Notes under the pieces: model-generated | Database searches by the model: none | What the model saw: only the letters and a program-made list of their open reading frames with translations | What the model was told of the DNA's origin: nothing | In this document: positions 28,359 to 38,775 of the stretch, piece after piece | Numbering within the stretch: position 1 is the stretch's first letter | How the letters are laid out: the number at the start of each line of letters is the position of its first letter | Made by a program: the position numbers and the translations under genes | Source of the DNA: Bacteroidales bacterium | GTDB taxonomy: Bacteria > Bacteroidota > Bacteroidia > Bacteroidales > WCHB1-69 | DNA length: 51,206 bases | Assembly: GCA_017544105.1 (NCBI GenBank) | Contig: JAFYEU010000031.1 | Span: 1-51,206, forward strand | Reading direction: 5' to 3'

Positions 28359-29825
28359 GTGAAGATTATAGACCGTTATCTGTGCAAGAACTTCTTGGGC
28401 CCCTTTGTCCTGACATTCTTCGTGGCCCTCTTCGTCCTCTTGATGCAGTTTTTGTGGAAGTGGGTCGATGAGCTTGTGGGTAAGGGTCTTGAGGTGGGCG
28501 TCCTCTTGAAGCTGCTCTTCTACGCCTCTATCACCCTGTCCTCCATGGCCTTCCCGTTGGCTGTGCTGTTGGCTTCCCTGATGACCTTCGGTAACATGGG
28601 TGAACGGTCCGAGATAGTGGCGCTCAAGTCGGCGGGCATCTCTACTCGGCGGATGATGATGCCCTTGGCTATCATGGCCACCCTGATCGGCGGCCTGGCC
28701 TTCGAGGTATCCAATGATATCATCCCACGCGCCTCCGTCAAGCTGAGGATGCTGCTCTTCGACATCCAAGAGCAAAAACCTGCCCTCAATATCACAGAAG
28801 GGGTCTTCTATACCGATATCGACAACTACGCCATCCGCGTGGGCAAGAAAATGCCTGATGGGGTGACCATCAAGGATATTCTCATCTATGACCATTCCAA
28901 AAGGCAAGGGAACATCAGTGTGACCAGCGCCGAAGAGGGTACGATGGTGGTGACTCCCGATAAGCATTACCTGCTCTTCACGCTCTATAACGGGTCCACA
29001 TGGGACGAATCATCCATTACGCGTGGCTCTTACGATACCAAGGTCCATTATCCCTTGATGCGCACCACCTTCAGCAAGCAGTATAAACGCTTCGACATGT
29101 CGGACTTCTCCGCTCAGAATGTGGATGCCAGCTTCTACGAGAACCACTCCACCGCCCTGTCCATCAGTCAGCTGAATGACAAGATAGATACGGCCAAGCA
29201 TTATATCCAAACGCAGAATATGAATGCGGCGGAAGTCTTCTTCGGCTGTCTCTATTTCTTCAACCAGAAGGTGAAAGACAACAACAGCCTGGATACGGCC
29301 TCCTTGGAGCATCTGCGTAAGCCTGCCGACTATGGAGAGGAACTACAGGCACGGGTGCTGCAATTGGCTGAAAATGGGGCGCGGAACACCTCCTATGCGA
29401 TCAATTACAACTTCCAGGATGTGAATTTCCGCACTCACCAAATGTGGAACTATCAGATAGAGTTCTATCGCAAGTTCACGCTCGCCGTAGCTTGCCTGCT
29501 CTTTTTCTTCATTGGCGCCCCACTGGGCTCCATCATCCGCAAGGGTGGCATCGGCATCCCGTTGGTGATCACGGTGGTCTTCTTTACATTCTACTTCGCT
29601 ATTTCCATTATTGGCGAGAAATTGTCAAAAAGCAGCCCGCTGCCCGTCTGGTTCGGAATGTGGCTCTCCTCCATGGTCCTGCTGCCCATCTGCGTCTTCC
29701 TCACGTATCATGCTACCACAGACTCTTCAGTTCTCTCCCCCGATACGTATGCCAAATTTATCGAGAATTTTAAAAACTTGAAGATATTTAAGAAACGAAA
29801 TGAAAATACTGCAACTGTGTCATAA
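28359..29825 (+). CDS. LptF/LptG family LPS export permease
   Basis: MKIIDRYL, ERSEIVALKSAGIS, RKFTLAVACLLFFFIGAPLG..RKGG; GTG start. Confidence 0.88.
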   Translation: MKIIDRYLCKNFLGPFVLTFFVALFVLLMQFLWKWVDELVGKGLEVGVLLKLLFYASITLSSMAFPLAVLLASLMTFGNMGERSEIVALKSAGISTRRMMMPLAIMATLIGGLAFEVSNDIIPRASVKLRMLLFDIQEQKPALNITEGVFYTDIDNYAIRVGKKMPDGVTIKDILIYDHSKRQGNISVTSAEEGTMVVTPDKHYLLFTLYNGSTWDESSITRGSYDTKVHYPLMRTTFSKQYKRFDMSDFSAQNVDASFYENHSTALSISQLNDKIDTAKHYIQTQNMNAAEVFFGCLYFFNQKVKDNNSLDTASLEHLRKPADYGEELQARVLQLAENGARNTSYAINYNFQDVNFRTHQMWNYQIEFYRKFTLAVACLLFFFIGAPLGSIIRKGGIGIPLVITVVFFTFYFAISIIGEKLSKSSPLPVWFGMWLSSMVLLPICVFLTYHATTDSSVLSPDTYAKFIENFKNLKIFKKRNENTATVS

Positions 29826-31005
29826 ACCGCCCTTTCCGCTGGTAGATGGCGGCTGTGTCGCTATCCATAATGTCACCGACATGCTGCTGAATAGTGGTCA
29901 GGAGGTGAAAGTGGTCGCCTTGGAGACCCCTAAGCATCCGGTCAATATGAGCGCGTTTCCCAAAGACTATCTCCAACGAACCCGTTTTGAGTCGGTCTTT
30001 GTGGATACCACTCCTCGACTGAAAGATGCCCTGAAATCCTTGTGCACCCATACTTCCTACCATATCAACCGCTTTTACTCCAAGCAGATGGTGTCTCTCC
30101 TGACACAGATCCTGAAAAGGGAAACCTTCGATATTGTCCATGTGGAGTCTATCTATATGATGGCCTACATCCCCGTTATCCGCAAGTATAGCAAAGCCAA
30201 GGTGGTGATGCGCATGCACAACATTGAGCATGAGATCTGGGAACGACTGGCTCAGAACGAACGCAACCTCCTGCGCAAATGGCTCTACCGTACCAATGCC
30301 CACCAGCTGGAGAAGGTGGAACGCCGCATCCTGCAGTCGGTAGATGGCTATCTGACAATTTCAACCCCCGACTATCAGTTCTTCCAAGCCCTTTCCCCTG
30401 AAACCAAGGGGGAAGTCTTGACCTTTGGCATTGACATGGACAAATATGAGGACGAGGACGACTATATTCCTTCCGACGAGCCCTCCATCTTCCATCTAGG
30501 CAGCATGAACTGGGCCCCTAATGTGGAAGGCATCGAATGGTTTTTGGATGAGGTATGGCCTGTAATCCTGAAAGAACAGCCGGAACTCACCTTTACCATC
30601 GCGGGGCATCATATTCCCGAGTCCTTCTATCAACGGCATGACCAAAATGTGATATTGGCCGGTTCTGTGCCAGATGCCAATGAGTTTATGCTGCAGCACG
30701 ATATCATGGTGGTGCCCCTGCTCGCCGGTAGTGGCATCCGCGTGAAGATCATCGAAGGAATGGCGTTGGGGAAAGTCGTGATTACCACCTCTGTGGGTGC
30801 GCAAGGCCTGGAGGTGGAGAATGGGAAACATCTCTTCATTGCCAATACCCCGGAGGAGTTCGCCGCTGCCATCCATAAGTGCGTGGCCACGCCCGACCTC
30901 TGTTCCATCATCGGTGAGAATGCCCGCGAGTTTATCTCTGTACACCATAATAGTGCCCTGATCAAGGACCAACTGATATCTTTCTATAAGAGCTTGTTAA
31001 GTTAA
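29800..31005 (+). CDS. Glycosyltransferase family 4
   Basis: PFPLVDGG, HNIEHEIW, GSMNWAPNVEG, GSGIRVKIIEGMALGK. Confidence 0.88.
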   Translation: MKILQLCHKPPFPLVDGGCVAIHNVTDMLLNSGQEVKVVALETPKHPVNMSAFPKDYLQRTRFESVFVDTTPRLKDALKSLCTHTSYHINRFYSKQMVSLLTQILKRETFDIVHVESIYMMAYIPVIRKYSKAKVVMRMHNIEHEIWERLAQNERNLLRKWLYRTNAHQLEKVERRILQSVDGYLTISTPDYQFFQALSPETKGEVLTFGIDMDKYEDEDDYIPSDEPSIFHLGSMNWAPNVEGIEWFLDEVWPVILKEQPELTFTIAGHHIPESFYQRHDQNVILAGSVPDANEFMLQHDIMVVPLLAGSGIRVKIIEGMALGKVVITTSVGAQGLEVENGKHLFIANTPEEFAAAIHKCVATPDLCSIIGENAREFISVHHNSALIKDQLISFYKSLLS

Positions 31006-32912
31006 TGGATATGTCGTATTTGGATCAGATTCGGACGCCTGAGGATCTACGTAAGCTTTCGCTGGAGGAGCTGCCGGCTCTCTGCCAGGAGCTTCGCCGC
31101 TATATCATTGAGCAGACAGCTGAGAACCCTGGCCATCTAGGTTCCAGCCTTGGTGTGGTGGAACTGACAGTAGCCCTGCATTATGTCTTTGACACTCCGT
31201 ATGACAAGTTGGTGTGGGATGTGGGTCACCAGGCCTACTGCCACAAGATCCTGACAGGACGTAAGGAGATGTTCCACACCAATCGTCGCTATGGCGGTAT
31301 CAGCGGCTTCCCGCGCCGTGAGGAGAGCGAATATGATGCCTTTGGCACAGGACACTCCTCCACCTCCATCTCCGCCGTTTTGGGCATGGCGTTGGCCTCC
31401 AAGCTGAATGGCGACAAGGAACGCAACCATATCGCCGTCATCGGTGATGGTGCCATCGGGGGCGGCATGGCCTTTGAGGCCATGAATCAGGCTGCCTACC
31501 GCGATGTCAATATGTTGGTCATCCTCAACGACAATAAGATATCTATTGACCAGAGCACGGGTGCCATGAGCAAATATCTGCTCACCCTGACGGCCTCGCC
31601 TGCTTATAACCGGTTCAAGAACCGACTGTGGAACATCTTCACTTTCAAGTCGAAGAGTTCTAATGCCATCACCCGCTTTTTCAGCCGGCTCGGCAATGGC
31701 GTCAAGGGTTATCTGCTGGGTGGCAGCAACCTGTTCCAAAGCCTTGGATACCGTTACTTCGGCCCGGCCGACGGTCACGATGTGATCTATCTGGTCAAGA
31801 CGCTCCAAAGCCTGAAACGGCTTCCCGGGCTCCAGTTGCTGCATGTGATCACCGTCAAGGGCAAGGGCTTGGATGTGGCAGAGCAGAACCAGACCACCTA
31901 TCACGCGCCGGGGAAGTTCGATCCCGACACCGGCCAGATCATCAAGCCGGAGAGCGGCAACCAGCCGCCTAAGTTCCAGGATGTCTTCGGCCATACATTG
32001 CTGGAGATCGCCCGACAGGATGAGAAGGTGGTGGGTATCACGCCGGCGATGGCAACAGGCTGCTCCATGACCATCATGGATGCTGAATTTCCTGAGCGTG
32101 TCTTCGATGTCGGTATTGCCGAGCAGCATGCCGTCACCTTTGCCGCCGGCATGGTGGCCGATGGCCTGACGGTCTTCTGCAACATATACTCCTCATTTCT
32201 CCAGCGCGGCTATGACCAAGTGATCCACGATGTGGCGCTGCAGAAACTGCCCGTCATCTTCTGCATTGACCGCGCCGGATTGGTGGGGGAGGATGGCGCC
32301 ACGCATCAGGGTGCCTTTGATTTGGCATTCCTGCGTGCGATCCCAGACCTTGTCATCGCCTCGCCGCGCAATGAGCATGAGTTGCGACATCTGATGTGGA
32401 CGGCCTATCATCAGTCGAAGGGAAATAATGGCCTGCCCTTCGTGATACGCTACCCCCGCGGGCGCGGCGTGCTCACGGATTGGCATAACGAACCCCAAGA
32501 CCTCCCCATTGGCCAAAGCGAACTGCTCCAAGATGGACAAGACCTGCTTGTCCTCTCCCTCGGCCCCCTCGCCTCGAAGGTGACAGAGGCTATCCGTCAG
32601 ATGCAGGCACAGGGCATGAACCCTGCCCATCTCGATGTCCGCTTCTTGAAACCGCTCGACGAACAACAACTGCTGACCTTGTCTAAGCGCTTCCCTGTCT
32701 GGATGACCGTCGAGGACGGCACCGAGAAGGGCGGACTCTTCTCCGCTGTGGCTGAGTTCCTGGAGGAACATCAGATGAATCATATCCACCTTCATCACGT
32801 TGCCCTGCCCGATCGCTTCATCTCCCACGGAGATATCCCTTCTCTGTACAAAGAGGTGGGCTTTGATGTGGAAAGTCTGGTGAAGAAGATGAAGGAGGCA
32901 CTGGCGGATTAG
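31005..32912 (+). CDS. dxs: 1-deoxy-D-xylulose-5-phosphate synthase
   Basis: GHLGSSLGVVEL, WDVGHQAY, GHSSTS, GDGAIGGGMAFEA, LNDN, IAEQHAV, DRAGLVGEDGATH. Confidence 0.96.
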   Translation: MDMSYLDQIRTPEDLRKLSLEELPALCQELRRYIIEQTAENPGHLGSSLGVVELTVALHYVFDTPYDKLVWDVGHQAYCHKILTGRKEMFHTNRRYGGISGFPRREESEYDAFGTGHSSTSISAVLGMALASKLNGDKERNHIAVIGDGAIGGGMAFEAMNQAAYRDVNMLVILNDNKISIDQSTGAMSKYLLTLTASPAYNRFKNRLWNIFTFKSKSSNAITRFFSRLGNGVKGYLLGGSNLFQSLGYRYFGPADGHDVIYLVKTLQSLKRLPGLQLLHVITVKGKGLDVAEQNQTTYHAPGKFDPDTGQIIKPESGNQPPKFQDVFGHTLLEIARQDEKVVGITPAMATGCSMTIMDAEFPERVFDVGIAEQHAVTFAAGMVADGLTVFCNIYSSFLQRGYDQVIHDVALQKLPVIFCIDRAGLVGEDGATHQGAFDLAFLRAIPDLVIASPRNEHELRHLMWTAYHQSKGNNGLPFVIRYPRGRGVLTDWHNEPQDLPIGQSELLQDGQDLLVLSLGPLASKVTEAIRQMQAQGMNPAHLDVRFLKPLDEQQLLTLSKRFPVWMTVEDGTEKGGLFSAVAEFLEEHQMNHIHLHHVALPDRFISHGDIPSLYKEVGFDVESLVKKMKEALAD

Positions 32913-33065
32913 TTCTTCTCAAGAGAAGGACACGTACTTGCAGCCTTTCGTGACGGACGTCTCGTACCATTATGGGCATGATAGCACGTACGACCCCAAA
33001 GATGCGGTGAAGGGTTCGCCTGCTTATACAATATCTTCGATGGCAATGTTTGATTCAGTTCAAAG

Positions 33066-33752
33066 TCAGCGTGTGACTATGACGTTCTTGCCGTCACAAT
33101 ACAAGGGTTGGGCCTCCTTGATGCGGGGCAACATCTCTGCTTCTTCAAATTCATATACGCGCATAGAGACAGAAGAGGGAAATCGGTTGAAGTAAGGGTC
33201 TGTTGAATAATACCATTTTATTTCGATGATCTCTCCACTCTTGAACATGCTGTTGTGAAAATATAACACTCGACTTCTGATGCGAGGGACGACTTTTACG
33301 TATTTTCTTCCTGATTTATGTGTCAGTATGGCGAAAATATGCTTTTTAGGCTTGGAGTTCTCATCTTGCTTCCATTCAACTTTCGCACCTTTGTGTGAGA
33401 TGGTGATGTGCCGCCCATAAGTGTCGTTGAAATATTGCATCATCTGCCTGAAGTGCGGACCATGGGGCGTCTTATCTTGGAGTTGATTAGCGTAAAGATA
33501 GTAATGGATCATCTCATGTAGAATAGTGTCCTCCAACTCCTGCTCGCTGAGCGCTATCCGCGTGTTGATACGCATGGTGAAATCGTAGTATTCCCATTGA
33601 CCGAAAAACTTTCTGCGACGTTTGAAGGAGATGTTCCCTACATACGATTTGGTGTTGCTCAGTTTGATTGGGATGGGCGCAAGCTTGTCCTGAAAATAGA
33701 GGTGGTTGAACTCATGGAATTTCTGTCTGATATAGTCAAGGGTAGGGACCAT
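33066..33752 (-). CDS. SprT-like zinc-dependent metalloprotease domain protein
   Basis: FHEFNHLYF, TILHEMIH (HExxH), PHGPHF. Confidence 0.8.
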   Translation of the reverse strand: MVPTLDYIRQKFHEFNHLYFQDKLAPIPIKLSNTKSYVGNISFKRRRKFFGQWEYYDFTMRINTRIALSEQELEDTILHEMIHYYLYANQLQDKTPHGPHFRQMMQYFNDTYGRHITISHKGAKVEWKQDENSKPKKHIFAILTHKSGRKYVKVVPRIRSRVLYFHNSMFKSGEIIEIKWYYSTDPYFNRFPSSVSMRVYEFEEAEMLPRIKEAQPLYCDGKNVIVTR

Positions 33753-33816
33753 TTTTTGAGCGTAAGCGGAATGATAGTTTTTAAGAATGCTTTTTGAAGA
33801 GTCGTGCCCTATAAAG

Positions 33817-35460
33817 CTAATCGGATATTTGAACCCTTCTCAAGTCCAGCATGTTGACCGGGTTGATGCCCAAGCCGGTGACCTCTTTGCGGGTGAAACG
33901 CACGACCTTGTCATAGTAGAGTACCACAACAGGTGCATCCTCCATCAGCAGGGAGTCCATACGGATATAGTATTCATTTCGCCTGGCCTCATCGGTGCAG
34001 CGCTGGGAGGCTTCGTAGAGCTTGTCGAAGGCCTTGTTCACATAGTGGGTGTAGTTGGATCCCACAGGCTGCAGATTCTTGGAGTAGAAGAGGGCCAGGT
34101 AGTTTTCCGCGTCGAGGTAATCGCAGATCCAGGATCCCCGGAAGAAGGGCAGCTGGTAGTTGCGCATCATCTCACGCTGCTGCGCCCCCTGGGTGATGTC
34201 CAGACGGAGGTCGATGCCAATCTGTGATAGCTCATGCTGGATATATTGGCAGAGGTCGGCATAGTTGGCCGACACAGCCACGCTGATGGGCGGGAGCCCT
34301 TTGCCGTTCGGATAGCCCGCCTCCGCCAGCAGCGCTGCGGCCTTCTTCGGGTTGTAATCATATCCCTTGACTCGCTCCGCGTCGAAAGCGGCCATGCCCA
34401 TCGGGATGAAACCCGCCGTGCCCGCATAGCCTACATTGTTGCGCAGGAACTTCATCATCTTCTCCCGATCGAAGCCATAATTGATGGCCTGCCGGATCTT
34501 TTTGTTGAGCAATGGGTTGCCATTGCCCTTGTCTTGAAGCATGAATCCCAGGTATTCCGTGTTCAGGTAGGGACCGGTCAACAAGGTGATCTGATCCTTG
34601 TATTCGGGGTTCAACAGCCCCTCTTTGGTCAAGAGCGCGTCCTTGTAACAAGCCTCTACTCCCGACATGAAGTCTATGCTCCCCTTCATGAACTCCATGA
34701 AGACCGACTGCTTGTCCACGATAAAGGAGATCGCCACCGCGTCCAGATAGGGCAGGGGAGTGCCTTGCTCGTCACGTTCGAAGTAGTCGGGGTTCTTGCG
34801 CAATACCATCTTGACCCCTTCCTGCCACAGCTGGAACTTGAAGGGCCCTGTGCCTACGGGATGGTTGCGGAAGTCTTTGCCGTAATGCTCCACTACCTCA
34901 TGGGGTACCACGGAGCAGTATTTCATCGTCAGGATGCCTAAGAAGGGCGGGAAGGGCTCCGACAGGGTGATCTGGAAGGTGGTGTCGTCCAGCGCCTCAA
35001 AACAGGGCCTGCTGTCGGCATCGCGTTTCACCTTTTGAAAAACCCACGCACCCGGGGAGGCCACCTCTCCATCCAAAATCCTGCCGAAACTGTACACGAA
35101 GTCGGCCGCCTTGACATACCGCTTCCCTTCGAATGGGAAAAAGTCGGTGTTGTGGAAGGTGACGTCCGATCGCAGGGTGAAGGTGTACGTCCGTCCGTCC
35201 TCGGAGATGGTCCAGCTCTTGGCGATGGATGGGACGATGCGCATGGAGTCATCTAGCTCCACCAACCCGTTGTAGAGTTGGTTGCAGGCCCAGATGACGG
35301 CCTGGCCCGAGGAGTAGGCAGGGTCCAAGGTCTGAATGCCTCCTGACTCGTTGTAGTGGAAGATCATCTTGTCGCTGTTACGCCCCTTGGTTGAGCAGGC
35401 AAGGCACAAGAAGGACAAAAGGACTGGAAACAAAAGGTGTAAAGGTCGCAATATCTTCAT
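33817..35460 (-). CDS. ABC-type peptide/nickel substrate-binding lipoprotein (family 5)
   Basis: Lipobox LCLAC; TLDPA, PSIAKSWTISEDGRTYTFTLR, PVGTGPF, IRQAINY. Confidence 0.88.
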   Translation of the reverse strand: MKILRPLHLLFPVLLSFLCLACSTKGRNSDKMIFHYNESGGIQTLDPAYSSGQAVIWACNQLYNGLVELDDSMRIVPSIAKSWTISEDGRTYTFTLRSDVTFHNTDFFPFEGKRYVKAADFVYSFGRILDGEVASPGAWVFQKVKRDADSRPCFEALDDTTFQITLSEPFPPFLGILTMKYCSVVPHEVVEHYGKDFRNHPVGTGPFKFQLWQEGVKMVLRKNPDYFERDEQGTPLPYLDAVAISFIVDKQSVFMEFMKGSIDFMSGVEACYKDALLTKEGLLNPEYKDQITLLTGPYLNTEYLGFMLQDKGNGNPLLNKKIRQAINYGFDREKMMKFLRNNVGYAGTAGFIPMGMAAFDAERVKGYDYNPKKAAALLAEAGYPNGKGLPPISVAVSANYADLCQYIQHELSQIGIDLRLDITQGAQQREMMRNYQLPFFRGSWICDYLDAENYLALFYSKNLQPVGSNYTHYVNKAFDKLYEASQRCTDEARRNEYYIRMDSLLMEDAPVVVLYYDKVVRFTRKEVTGLGINPVNMLDLRRVQISD

Positions 35461-36422
35461 TAGGACAAGGATTGGTTGACCTTCCGGGAGGATTCGAGGA
35501 TGGCATTGTACTCCTCCGGAGTGATGTCGCTGTAGAAATAATAGACGGGATTGACGCGTTGTCCGCCCTTGATGACTTCATAGTGCAGGTGGGATCCTGT
35601 GGCCATGCCGGTGGTTCCCACATAGCCGATGACCTGTCCGCGCTTGACATGCTGGCCGGGCCTGACCGTTTTCTTGGACATGTGTGCGTAGAGGGTCTTG
35701 TAGGTGTAGCCGTGGTTGATGACCACGCAGATGCCGTAGCCGCCGCCCGGATTCTCTCCCGACACCACCCCGTCGGCAGTGGCATAGATGGGCGTCCCCT
35801 TGGGTGCGGCAATGTCCACCCCCGTATGGGAACGCAAAGTCTTCAAGACAGGGTGATAACGCCGCCCGAAACCGGAAGTGACACTGTACATGTTCTTCAA
35901 TGGACGGATTGCCGGAATGCAGGTAAGCATGTCTGACTTCTTGTCGGCGATGCGCTCCAGCTCATCCAAGGACTTGGACTGCGCCGCCAGCCGGACCATC
36001 AGCTTGTCGGCCTTCTTGTTGGCCTCTTTCAGGAGGGCACTGGCTTCGGAACGCGAGAGACTGTCATTGCCGGGGCGCTCTGCCAGCAGAGGATATCGCT
36101 CTGACGCCGGGATGGGATCCGCCTCCAAGATGGTGCGATATACGTTGTCATCCAGGTCCTCAATGTCTAAAAGCACTTTCGACATCAGATCTATTCTGCT
36201 GTTGAGTTCCTCCACTTCTGCCTTCAACTCGTTGTTTTCCTGCTCCAGCAGCTTCTCTTTGGGCGAGTCAATGACGTAAAAGCCGATCCAGATGAAGATG
36301 AGTGCAAAGGCTATGCCGCTGAGAAATACCCACACCATCCTCTTAGCGATGTGCCTGAAACCGAGCTTCGCTTTCTCAAAGGAGAGGGTCTTGGGGTTGA
36401 ACTTGTAAAATCCGCTGGGCAT
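35460..36422 (-). CDS. M23 family peptidoglycan endopeptidase
   Basis: N-terminal TM plus coiled coil; HTGVD (HxxxD), YAHMS, GSHLHYEV. Confidence 0.92.
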   Translation of the reverse strand: MPSGFYKFNPKTLSFEKAKLGFRHIAKRMVWVFLSGIAFALIFIWIGFYVIDSPKEKLLEQENNELKAEVEELNSRIDLMSKVLLDIEDLDDNVYRTILEADPIPASERYPLLAERPGNDSLSRSEASALLKEANKKADKLMVRLAAQSKSLDELERIADKKSDMLTCIPAIRPLKNMYSVTSGFGRRYHPVLKTLRSHTGVDIAAPKGTPIYATADGVVSGENPGGGYGICVVINHGYTYKTLYAHMSKKTVRPGQHVKRGQVIGYVGTTGMATGSHLHYEVIKGGQRVNPVYYFYSDITPEEYNAILESSRKVNQSLS

Positions 36423-36441
36423 AGCTGATGGCTTTTAGGGT

Positions 36442-37704
36442 CTATTTGCAGCCGATGCAGATACGGTCGCCAATGCCGTAGCTGCTGATGGCTCCACTAT
36501 TGCGTTTGATGATGATCTTGAGCTGGATGCCGTACTTCTGGGCAATGAAACGATAGGTGTCACCCGCAGCAAGCGTATGGTATTCCACCGGTGATTTGGT
36601 GCTCTTCATCTCCAGATAGACCACCTCATCTTCAATGGGCTCGGAGTCGTCATAGACATCATTGTAGGCACGCAGGTTCTTCTCCGACATCTGCATGGCG
36701 GCTGCCAGTCTGGCATAAGTGTCGCCACGCTTGGCGATGATGAAGCGGGTCTTGTTGTTTTCGTACACCGGGCGGCTGGTGTAGGGATAGTAGGCCTGCT
36801 TGAAAGGGACGGAGTAGGGGTCAAGGATGAAGATGTTCTTCCCTTCTACAGATGCCGCCTTGGGTAACGTGTTGGGATAGGTCTCCGTGGTGGTCGCTGC
36901 TGGAGGCGTCTCCACCTTGGTCTCCTTCGGCGCGGTGGTCGTCACAGGCTCACTCTTTGCCGGCTTTTCCACAGGCTTGGCTTCCGGCTTCTTCTCTTCG
37001 GCCTTCGGCTGCGGCTTCTCCGTGATGGTGGTCGTGGTGCTGACCGCCGGAGCCGGCTTCACCACTGGCTCAGCCTTCGGGGTGGCGACCGCTACTGCCG
37101 GCTGGCTCTTCGGAGCTGTCGTGACCATCTCCGGGGATGGAGCGTCCACCTTCTTCAAGGCAAGGGTGTCGCCTAACTTCTGCGCCACCTTGCGATCGTA
37201 GTGCATCAGATAGTATTTCTCAATGATGGAGATCAGCGTGTCCGCATAGCGCGGATTGCCCGAATAGCCTGCCTCCTTCAGCCCGTAAGCCCAAGACTTG
37301 TAATCCGTGATAGGATAATAGAAGAGCTTCACGTAACGGCTCCGCTGCGACAAAAACAAGGAATGGTCGCGGTAAGAGTCCTCTACCGTGGCATATTTGC
37401 GGAAACAGAACTCACGGCTGTGGTTCTCCGTCTCATAAAAGGTCTCCCCTTTCCATTCATCCGTGTGGCACATGATGCCGAAATGGTTGTTGGCCTCCAT
37501 TGCCACCCGGTTGGTGCCCACCTTGGAGGCGTAGATGGCTTGGGCCAACGTGATGCTAGCCGGCACCTTGTATAACTCCATCTCCCTCATCGCCAAGTCT
37601 TTGTATTGGTCGATGTAGTCGTAAATCCGGTCTTCCATCGTGTATTGCGAAAAACCGGCCATCCAGACTAACAGCAATGCTGCGATGGTAAATGTCCTTT
37701 TCAT
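36442..37704 (-). CDS. GH73 glucosaminidase-like + LysM protein, probably catalytically impaired
   Basis: PASITLAQAIYAS (Ala in place of the catalytic Glu), NNHFGIM, FRKY, GYSGNPRY; long P/T/K/E-rich linker; two LysM-like repeats. Confidence 0.8.
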   Translation of the reverse strand: MKRTFTIAALLLVWMAGFSQYTMEDRIYDYIDQYKDLAMREMELYKVPASITLAQAIYASKVGTNRVAMEANNHFGIMCHTDEWKGETFYETENHSREFCFRKYATVEDSYRDHSLFLSQRSRYVKLFYYPITDYKSWAYGLKEAGYSGNPRYADTLISIIEKYYLMHYDRKVAQKLGDTLALKKVDAPSPEMVTTAPKSQPAVAVATPKAEPVVKPAPAVSTTTTITEKPQPKAEEKKPEAKPVEKPAKSEPVTTTAPKETKVETPPAATTTETYPNTLPKAASVEGKNIFILDPYSVPFKQAYYPYTSRPVYENNKTRFIIAKRGDTYARLAAAMQMSEKNLRAYNDVYDDSEPIEDEVVYLEMKSTKSPVEYHTLAAGDTYRFIAQKYGIQLKIIIKRNSGAISSYGIGDRICIGCK

Positions 37705-37716
37705 AGTTTGATATTT

Positions 37717-38754
37717 TTAATGCCTTAATAAAATCTGGTCACCAGGATGTATAATCGATTTTTCATTCAAATTATTGTATTTGAAGATATATTGAAGCTG
37801 AACACCATAACGCTGCGCAATGTAGCGGAGGGTCTCACCCGCCACCACGATGTGGATCTTGGCGGGATTGTTCTTGGCTTTGGCCTCTATATAAACGATC
37901 TCGTTCTCCATCGGCTGCATGTCGCTGTCGGCATCGTTGAAGGCGCGGATGCTGGCCGCCGATACCTGCACGTCGCCTGCAATGGTCTCGTAGGTGTCGC
38001 CTTTCTTCGCAATGACAAAATAGGTCCTGTTGTTTTCAAAGACCTTGCGGTAGGTGAACGGACTGCTTCCCATGGGATACTCGCTGCCCAGCGCCGTGAA
38101 GACCTTCTTCTCGACGGGTTGTGCCGGCACGACGGGCGTCTGGCTCTGCTCAGCGGCGGAGGCGCCCGGAGAGGTGTTGTCCGCTGCCAGCGGCTGGTGT
38201 AAGGCCCCCTCGCCTAACATGGCAATGGTGTCCAGACGGGCTAGCTGAAAACGCTCGATCAAGCCGGTGAGCAACTCCGGATATTTGGGGTTGGTGGCAT
38301 AACCGTCCGCTTTCAACGTCTGCGCCCAGGCCGTATAGTCCAGGATGTTCAACTCAAAGAGGTTGGCATACCGTTTCCGGGTTTTCAGAAACAATGAGTG
38401 GTCGTTGTAGGAGTCCGCCGCACTCGCATATTTGCGGAAACATTCCTGCAACTCGTCATCGTCCACCAGGATGGTGTCACCCTCCCAGTTCTCATGACAC
38501 TTGATGCCGAAATGGTTGTTGCCTTCCGTGGCCAGACGACTCATCCCACAGGCACTCTCCAATATGCCCTGCGCCAAGGTGATGCTCGCCGGGATCCGAT
38601 GCTCCTGCATCTTTGTCATCGCCACCTCCTTGTATTGCTCGATGTATGCGCGGATGTCCCGCTCCGTATATTGCCCGAACATCATCCCCGGCATACAGGC
38701 CAGAGCGGCGAAACAGGTGATAGTCTGTAAAAATAGCGTGATTCTCTTTTTCAT
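37717..38754 (-). CDS. GH73 glucosaminidase + LysM peptidoglycan hydrolase
   Basis: PASITLAQGILES (catalytic Glu66), NNHFGIK, FRKY, GYATNPKY; C-terminal LysM HIVVAGETLRYIAQRYG. Confidence 0.9.
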   Translation of the reverse strand: MKKRITLFLQTITCFAALACMPGMMFGQYTERDIRAYIEQYKEVAMTKMQEHRIPASITLAQGILESACGMSRLATEGNNHFGIKCHENWEGDTILVDDDELQECFRKYASAADSYNDHSLFLKTRKRYANLFELNILDYTAWAQTLKADGYATNPKYPELLTGLIERFQLARLDTIAMLGEGALHQPLAADNTSPGASAAEQSQTPVVPAQPVEKKVFTALGSEYPMGSSPFTYRKVFENNRTYFVIAKKGDTYETIAGDVQVSAASIRAFNDADSDMQPMENEIVYIEAKAKNNPAKIHIVVAGETLRYIAQRYGVQLQYIFKYNNLNEKSIIHPGDQILLRH

Positions 38755-38775
38755 GCGTGAAGGTTGGATTTGATG

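Noticed and set aside
32913-33195. 85-aa + strand ORF (32938..33195), a possible decayed minus-strand frame (33047-32919) and the small palindrome cttctcaagagaag
   Set aside because: The ORF overlaps SprT antisense with a TTG start. The minus frame has two internal stops and no recognisable homology. The palindrome has too short a stem and no U-tract, so it cannot be called a terminator.
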